Shown here one piece after another: positions 58,910-64,000 of a stretch of DNA of 64,000 nucleotides. Each line of letters starts with the position of its first letter. The stretch's first letter is position 1. The notes under the pieces were generated by a model. The model did not search any database. It was not told the origin of the DNA and worked only from the letters and a program-made list of their open reading frames with translations. Source of the stretch: Candidatus Collierbacteria bacterium (lineage in GTDB: Bacteria > Patescibacteriota > Microgenomatia > UBA1400 > MFAQ01); the NCBI GenBank assembly GCA_903884375.1, contig CAISER010000041.1, forward strand, positions 9,164-73,163. The letters run 5' to 3'. The translations under genes and the position numbers were made by a program.

Positions 58910-59460
58910 TTAAGGTCAATTTAATTAGTCGGAAAAGAAAAGCAAGTACAGGTAAAAACTGGACGAAGATTGTGACCTTGTCCTTGTTCGGTTTATTTTT
59001 ATTTTATTTTATCGGAATTACTTTTTATGTTGTAATTTCCATGTCAGTACTAAGCAATAAAATTAAAGATCTTGATAAAGAATCTTTGGATATATCGAAT
59101 ACGATGTTAAAAAATAATGAAAAATTAAGCCGATTTGTATTGACGAAGTTAATTTTGGGACAGATACAAAATATTAATAAAACTAGATTCCAATATAAGG
59201 ATTATCTTGACCAAATCTCGATATTACTTCCTCCAAAAGCATTTTTAACGAGCGTTGATTTTAAGATAAAGGGCTGGATATCTTTGTCAATTAACGCTAA
59301 CGATATCTATACTTTTCAGTCTTTAGAAAGAGTATTGCTAAATAAAGACACTTGGAGTAATAGTAATTCTTTTTCAGGTGCATACATTGAAGGAGTGGCA
59401 AAGGAAAAAAATGGATCGTATACAACAAGATTACAACTAGAATTAAAAGGAAATGGCTGA
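58906..59460 (+). CDS. pilN: PilN-like pilus assembly protein
   Basis: MIKVNLISRKRK, then a single TM, a coiled-coil and a periplasmic-type domain. Translationally coupled to pilM. Confidence 0.6.
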   Translation: MIKVNLISRKRKASTGKNWTKIVTLSLFGLFLFYFIGITFYVVISMSVLSNKIKDLDKESLDISNTMLKNNEKLSRFVLTKLILGQIQNINKTRFQYKDYLDQISILLPPKAFLTSVDFKIKGWISLSINANDIYTFQSLERVLLNKDTWSNSNSFSGAYIEGVAKEKNGSYTTRLQLELKGNG

Positions 59461-60256
59461 TAACAAGATATTTGGATATAAAAGAATATTCGGGTTTGTG
59501 TTACCAGATTGGGTTGACGAAGGATTGATTCGGACTATAGTTACCTTTTTGCTGTCGACGGTGGTAATGCTTTTTGTTTTGATATTCGTGATTTGGCCAA
59601 AATTCGCAACGATTGCTGATATTAAAAGAAACTTGACGGAAAAACAAACTCAACTGGACTCTTTAAAGAGCTCTAAAGCGGGTTTTGATAAGCTTAATGA
59701 AGATATCCCTGAAGCAACACAAAATTTGATTCTACAGTCAATTCCCCAGACATATTCACCTGAAAATGCTATCTTTATGCTAAGAAATCTAAGTAATGAA
59801 ACTGGAGTATCGATTGTTTCGTATACACTTCCTTCTGGAGTTTTATTTGATTCTGAAAAACCGACTTTGAGTAAATCTGGGGATAAAGATAATATGGTTA
59901 ACTTTATTAACTATCCGATTAAGTTATCGGTATTGGCTCCGGTGGATTCCCTTCTTTCATTTATAAAAAGGGTTGAGTCTTCACTTCCTTTTGGGGTAGT
60001 TTCCGATTTAGGAATGCAGGAGGTAAGCAAACTATCAAAATCAACTTCAACAGATAAATCTGTAAAAATGGAATTGGAAATTAAATATTTTCAAACAGTC
60101 TTAAAACAAGTTGATATTTCAAAAATAACTCAATTTACCAATCAGGAAATGAAATTGGTCGATGAGATCGCTGGATTCTCTCAATTTACTCAAGGAAGCG
60201 ACAGCGCGGGTACGGCTACTATTATTAATAATTCAGGCAATCTGTTTGGTTTTTAA
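59453..60256 (+). CDS. pilO: PilO-like pilus assembly protein
   Basis: N-terminal TM (TIVTFLLSTVVMLFVLIFVIW), a coiled-coil (LTEKQTQLDSLKSS) and a C-terminal domain. Position after pilMN. Confidence 0.5.
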   Translation: MADNKIFGYKRIFGFVLPDWVDEGLIRTIVTFLLSTVVMLFVLIFVIWPKFATIADIKRNLTEKQTQLDSLKSSKAGFDKLNEDIPEATQNLILQSIPQTYSPENAIFMLRNLSNETGVSIVSYTLPSGVLFDSEKPTLSKSGDKDNMVNFINYPIKLSVLAPVDSLLSFIKRVESSLPFGVVSDLGMQEVSKLSKSTSTDKSVKMELEIKYFQTVLKQVDISKITQFTNQEMKLVDEIAGFSQFTQGSDSAGTATIINNSGNLFGF

Positions 60257-60624
60257 TCGTCAATCTTTTCCTCTTTTTTTTCTTCGATGGCGTTGGCAAC
60301 TTCTTCAATAGCCTCTTCTTTTTCTTCAACGAGGTCAGCTGGAGACTCTTTGTCAAATTCAGTATCAATGAGTTGTTTTGGCGAATCGTCTTCTTGGAGA
60401 TCAACAATAGCGCGAGTACCTTTTTGAATGGCAGCGATTCGGACTATTTGACGGATAGATTTGATTACCTTTCCTTCTTTTCCGATAACTCTACCAACAT
60501 CTTCGGGATCTACCTTAATTAAATATTTGATAGCTTGTTTATCTTCTGTTTGATCTTCGGTGATAATGACACTTTCCGGGTGATTAACGATGTTGCTGAC
60601 GATGTACTCGATAAGTTGTTTCAT
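60253..60624 (-). CDS. KH-domain RNA-binding protein with acidic C-terminal tail
   Basis: VGRVIGKEGKVIKSIRQI carries the KH GxxG loop (GKEG). Located downstream of rpsP. EEKEEAIEE tail. Confidence 0.7.
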   Translation of the reverse strand: MKQLIEYIVSNIVNHPESVIITEDQTEDKQAIKYLIKVDPEDVGRVIGKEGKVIKSIRQIVRIAAIQKGTRAIVDLQEDDSPKQLIDTEFDKESPADLVEEKEEAIEEVANAIEEKKEEKIDD

Positions 60625-60625
60625 T

Positions 60626-60850
60626 TTATTTAACTAATTTTCTAACAGTATCGGTTGGTTGAGCTCCTTTGGTTAGCCATAATTGATAATTTTCTTTATT
60701 TATTTCTACCTTGTTTTCAGGATCATGAGGGTTGTAGGTGCCGATGGTGTCGATTACCTTTCCTGATAATTTTGATTTGTCTTCGGCAACCACGATACGA
60801 TAAAAGCGTTGGTGTCTTTTTCCGGTCGGTTGAAGTTTGATTTTTAGCAT
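60626..60850 (-). CDS. rpsP: 30S ribosomal protein S16
   Basis: MLKIKLQPTGKRHQRFYRIVVAEDKSKLSGKVIDTIGTYNP. Confidence 0.85.
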   Translation of the reverse strand: MLKIKLQPTGKRHQRFYRIVVAEDKSKLSGKVIDTIGTYNPHDPENKVEINKENYQLWLTKGAQPTDTVRKLVK

Positions 60851-60857
60851 AGCGATA

Positions 60858-61541
60858 TTATATCAGCTCAATAGCTTTTTTAGCAGCATTTTGCTCGGCT
60901 TCCTGCTTACTTTTACCTGAACCTGAGGTTATTTCTTGATTATCAATAATTACAGCCACTTCGAAGGTTTTGCTGTGATCTGGTCCCGACTCCTTCACTG
61001 TTTTATATATGGGCGAGGTTAATCCCTTGCTTTGCACGTGTTCTTGGAGGCTAGACTTGGCATCTTTTAGATTGTCATTGGTAATGATTTCTTCGGCATT
61101 TGGAAGAATAAATTTAACAAAAAAGTGGTTTGCAGCCTCGATCCCACCATCACAATACAAGGCGCCTATTATGCTTTCAATCACATCTTCAAGAATTGAA
61201 GGGTTATTCCTACCTCCGGTAGACTCTTCTCCCTTACTCATTAGAATAAAGGTATCGATACCGTGTTTTTTTGAAATTTTAGAGAGAGACTCGGTTCGCA
61301 CAGTCGCTGATCTGGCTGCTGTGAGATAACCCTCCATTTTGTTTTGATATTTATTAAATAAATATACAGAAATCATCATTTCTAGAACTGCATCTCCTAA
61401 AAATTCAAGCCTTTCATAACTTTCGTTGACTCCGGGTTCGTTTAAGCAAGAGCGATGAGTAAGGGCGGTATTGAGCAGTTTTTCGTTCTTGAAATTATAG
61501 TCAAGCAATTCTTGCAATGGTTTAAGGTTTGACTTTATCAT
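60858..61541 (-). CDS. rnc: ribonuclease III
   Basis: RNase III signature ERLEFLGDAVLE plus a C-terminal dsRBD (GSGKSKQEAEQNAAKKAIE). Confidence 0.9.
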   Translation of the reverse strand: MIKSNLKPLQELLDYNFKNEKLLNTALTHRSCLNEPGVNESYERLEFLGDAVLEMMISVYLFNKYQNKMEGYLTAARSATVRTESLSKISKKHGIDTFILMSKGEESTGGRNNPSILEDVIESIIGALYCDGGIEAANHFFVKFILPNAEEIITNDNLKDAKSSLQEHVQSKGLTSPIYKTVKESGPDHSKTFEVAVIIDNQEITSGSGKSKQEAEQNAAKKAIELI

Positions 61542-61911
61542 CTGGATTATCCTGCCTACCTGTTAGGGTGATGGCGGTTGCTAAAGCTCCATTGACAAAA
61601 CTTGAACTAGTTTTTCCACCATATCGTTTGGCAATTTCCACCGCTTCATCTATTATTACTTTTGTTGGCGTTTCTGTTTTAATTAACAGTTCATATACTG
61701 CTTGTCTTAATACAGACAAGTCAACTCTATTTATTTGTGATAAAGGCCATTCAGGAGCGCATTTTTGGATAATATGGTCAATTTTTTCGATATTTGCCTG
61801 TATTTTATCTACTCTTGAAGGATGTTCCGGTTGAGTAGTAAAGGTACCCGCAAAAAGCGATTTAAAAACATCGATGCGTTTTAAATGTCTTGGGTCTTGG
61901 GCAGATTTCAC
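61522..61911 (-). CDS. nusB: transcription antitermination factor NusB
   Basis: GTG start. RHLKRIDVFKSLFA...LSVLRQAVYELL...DEAVEIAKRYGG matches the NusB helical fold motifs. Confidence 0.75.
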   Translation of the reverse strand: MKSAQDPRHLKRIDVFKSLFAGTFTTQPEHPSRVDKIQANIEKIDHIIQKCAPEWPLSQINRVDLSVLRQAVYELLIKTETPTKVIIDEAVEIAKRYGGKTSSSFVNGALATAITLTGRQDNPDDKVKP

Positions 61912-61917
61912 GATTAG

Positions 61918-62070
61918 TTATTTAGTTTTACAAACCGGACAAGCAAAATGAGACTTTTTTAAATTACCACATTTTTTACATGTGATCATTTTTGGTTCAA
62001 TCAGGTGAATCTGAGAACGTCTAGCTCCTTGTCTTCTGGTTGAAATTTTTCTTTTTGGTGTTGCAGCCAT
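61918..62070 (-). CDS. rpmF: 50S ribosomal protein L32
   Basis: 50-aa ORF absent from the track because it is under 60 aa. MAATPKRKISTRRQGARRSQIHLIEPKMITCKKCGNLKKSHFACPVCKTK has the basic N-terminus and CxxC...CxxC ribbon. Confidence 0.7.
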   Translation of the reverse strand: MAATPKRKISTRRQGARRSQIHLIEPKMITCKKCGNLKKSHFACPVCKTK

Positions 62071-62108
62071 AGTGGTGGTTGTTAATTAATACTCGATATG
62101 GGTATATT

Positions 62109-63914
62109 TTAGCAAGTTTCGAACAGGCTGACAATGTGCTTTGCTTTTTGAGGATTTTTATCGGCTATCTCTCGGGCTATTTCTTTTGCGGAAAGAAATA
62201 ATTTTTTAGACCAAAAATACTTCAATCTTGTTGGTAAAGAACCATGCTGTCTGGTACCAAATATTTGACCAGCACCTCTTAAACGAAGGTCTTTTTGAGC
62301 AAGAATCAAGCCTGTTTTGAATTTCTGTAATAATTGTAATCGTTCTGTTTCCTCCTCGTCATCATTAGTAGGGACTAAAAAACAGTATCCCTGTTCTTCA
62401 CCTCTACCAACACGTCCCCGTAATTGATGAAGACTGGCAAGGCCGAATCTTTCAGCTGAATGAATTATCATTACGTTGGCTGAGGGGATATCAATACCTA
62501 CTTCAATTAGAGAAGTTGATACAAGGACTCCCCTACCTGTATTTTTAAATTGTGTAAGAATTTCATTTTGTTTATCGGTTTTCATTTTTCCGTGAATGAT
62601 ATATACAGGAAATTTATCACCAGCTATCTTTTGATAGATTTTGCTTATTTTATTTACCGAAACTATTCTTGAATTATGTTCTTCTATGTTAGGACATACT
62701 ACAAATATCTGACTACCGTTTTGGAGTTGTCTTCTTAGCCAATTTGGGCTTTTTTTGAAATGAGTTGGAGAAACAACAAAGGTTTTTGTTGGTAGTCGAT
62801 TTTGTGGTTTATGAGTGATGTTGCTAATGTCAATATCTCCAAGCAAACCTAGGGCGACTGTCCTGGGAATTGGAGTGGCCGAAAGATTAAACAAATGAGG
62901 CAAGGGGGACCGATTTATTAGTTCGTCTCTTTGTTTTACTCCAAATTTATGTTGTTCGTCAATTGCAACAAAAGCCAAGGGGAATTTTAGTATTTTTGGA
63001 AGTTTGGTTAATAAGGAGTGGGTGCCGATATAGATAACAGGTTTATTTGTCTGAGGTTTATCTTTTGAAGAGCCGGTAATTAATTGAATTTGTTTTGGAA
63101 ATAAAGATAACGATTGAAAGGTTTTGTAGTGCTGATTAGCCAGTATTTCGGTGGGAGCCATAATAGCGCAACTTAATTTGTTTGTTAGGCATTGATTTGC
63201 AGCAAAAATAATTGTGGCAGTTTTTCCTGATCCGGTATCTCCTTGAATAAGACGATGGGTAAATTCGGAACTTTGAAGATCTTTATATATTGCAGATACT
63301 GTTTTTTGTTGATCGATTGTTAGTTTAAATGGAATTTTTTGAGTTGTCTTTTTGGTTGTTCCACTAATAATTTTTAAGGCTAGGGATTTGCCTAAATTTT
63401 TTTGAGCCAAACGATTATTGATATTAATGAGCAAATGTTCGTTGAAAGATAATCTCTTGTCGGCTTCCCAGCGTAGTTCTTTTGATGGTGGAAAATGAAT
63501 ATATTGATATGCTTCTGTTTCGGACAACAAATTTAATTTTATTTGCAACTCAGTTTCAAAAGGATCAGTTATTTGAATAGTTGGTAATAATGAATGAATT
63601 TTTGTACGAAGCCATTTGGAAGTAATACCTTCAGTTTGAGGATAAACAGGTACAAATCCACCGGTATTTATTGAAGGGACACCCCCTTCTTCAAAAATTG
63701 GAGCTATAACAGTAAGTCCTTTTCCCCAAAAGGACACCTTCCCGGCGAAAGTATAAATAGTGTTTTCTTTCAAAACACGTTTGATAAAGGGATTATTGAA
63801 CCAAGTTAACAGAATTTTCCCTGATGAATCGCTTACCGTAGTTTGAGTGAGAAGTTTGCTGGTTTTTGTAAAAAATGATTTTATTTTTCCGGTAGTGCCG
63901 ATAAAACTAGCCAT
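62109..63914 (-). CDS. recG: ATP-dependent DNA helicase RecG (N-terminus may extend past the window end)
   Basis: Wedge/OB N-terminal region, helicase motif I GDTGSGKTATIIFAA, motif II DEQHKFG, and later SAT-like and arginine motifs. 601 aa to the listed Met. Confidence 0.85.
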   Translation of the reverse strand: MASFIGTTGKIKSFFTKTSKLLTQTTVSDSSGKILLTWFNNPFIKRVLKENTIYTFAGKVSFWGKGLTVIAPIFEEGGVPSINTGGFVPVYPQTEGITSKWLRTKIHSLLPTIQITDPFETELQIKLNLLSETEAYQYIHFPPSKELRWEADKRLSFNEHLLININNRLAQKNLGKSLALKIISGTTKKTTQKIPFKLTIDQQKTVSAIYKDLQSSEFTHRLIQGDTGSGKTATIIFAANQCLTNKLSCAIMAPTEILANQHYKTFQSLSLFPKQIQLITGSSKDKPQTNKPVIYIGTHSLLTKLPKILKFPLAFVAIDEQHKFGVKQRDELINRSPLPHLFNLSATPIPRTVALGLLGDIDISNITHKPQNRLPTKTFVVSPTHFKKSPNWLRRQLQNGSQIFVVCPNIEEHNSRIVSVNKISKIYQKIAGDKFPVYIIHGKMKTDKQNEILTQFKNTGRGVLVSTSLIEVGIDIPSANVMIIHSAERFGLASLHQLRGRVGRGEEQGYCFLVPTNDDEEETERLQLLQKFKTGLILAQKDLRLRGAGQIFGTRQHGSLPTRLKYFWSKKLFLSAKEIAREIADKNPQKAKHIVSLFETC

Positions 63915-64000
63915 TTCCCCCTGGGAAAGATGTTTTAATTGCTTAGGCTCGGTAAAATCATAATAACGAACCGGAAAATGATTTATTAAATCGCCTACGG

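Overview
This low-GC window carries standard-code genes and looks like a Candidate Phyla Radiation (CPR) / Patescibacteria-type chromosome segment. The ORFs are long and uninterrupted, and no rRNA or CRISPR array is present. The backbone is housekeeping. It includes dnaX-ybaB-recR, cysS, ychF, rpsF-ssb-rpsR, ctp, prfA, rpmE, dnaB, efp, lgt-lspA-rluD, a Kef-type antiporter and yebC. It also includes xerC/D, gyrA, ppa, gyrB, holB, rpsP-KH, rnc, nusB, rpmF, recG and one tRNA-Leu(CAA). Three regions stand out. (1) At about 8.6-22.3 kb there is a roughly 13.7-kb single-strand island with visibly higher GC, inserted immediately upstream of ychF. It ends in an HTH excisionase-like gene and a large serine recombinase whose 3' end overlaps the ychF start. 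It carries a primase-polymerase replication protein, a SpoVG-like gene, a small protein with an SSB-like 'IPF' C-terminal tip, and a cargo operon of four consecutive ORFs with no recognisable domains (123, 521, a giant 1636 and 471 aa). This is the best candidate for an undescribed system. (2) At 3.6-6.0 kb there is a two-gene surface module. A secreted 573-aa Thr/Ser-rich protein carries three tandem phage-tail-collar (MdpB-like) repeats with HTH-T...PPY signatures. Just upstream of it (same strand) is a type-II membrane protein. (3) At 48.3-60.3 kb there is a complete type IV pilus locus: pilB, pilT, pilC, a major pilin, pilD, seven further prepilin-like genes, a PilX-like gene and pilM, pilN, pilO, with no secretin. 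A 1.1-kb AT-rich intergenic region at 40.2-41.3 kb has two perfect DnaA boxes, a candidate DNA-unwinding element and a dif-like palindrome upstream of xerC, so it may be oriC. A 35-bp direct repeat that includes the tRNA-Leu 3' end suggests an old integration scar. All coordinates I derived myself are approximate to a few nt. All functional calls rest on motif-level reading of the supplied translations, not on database searches.
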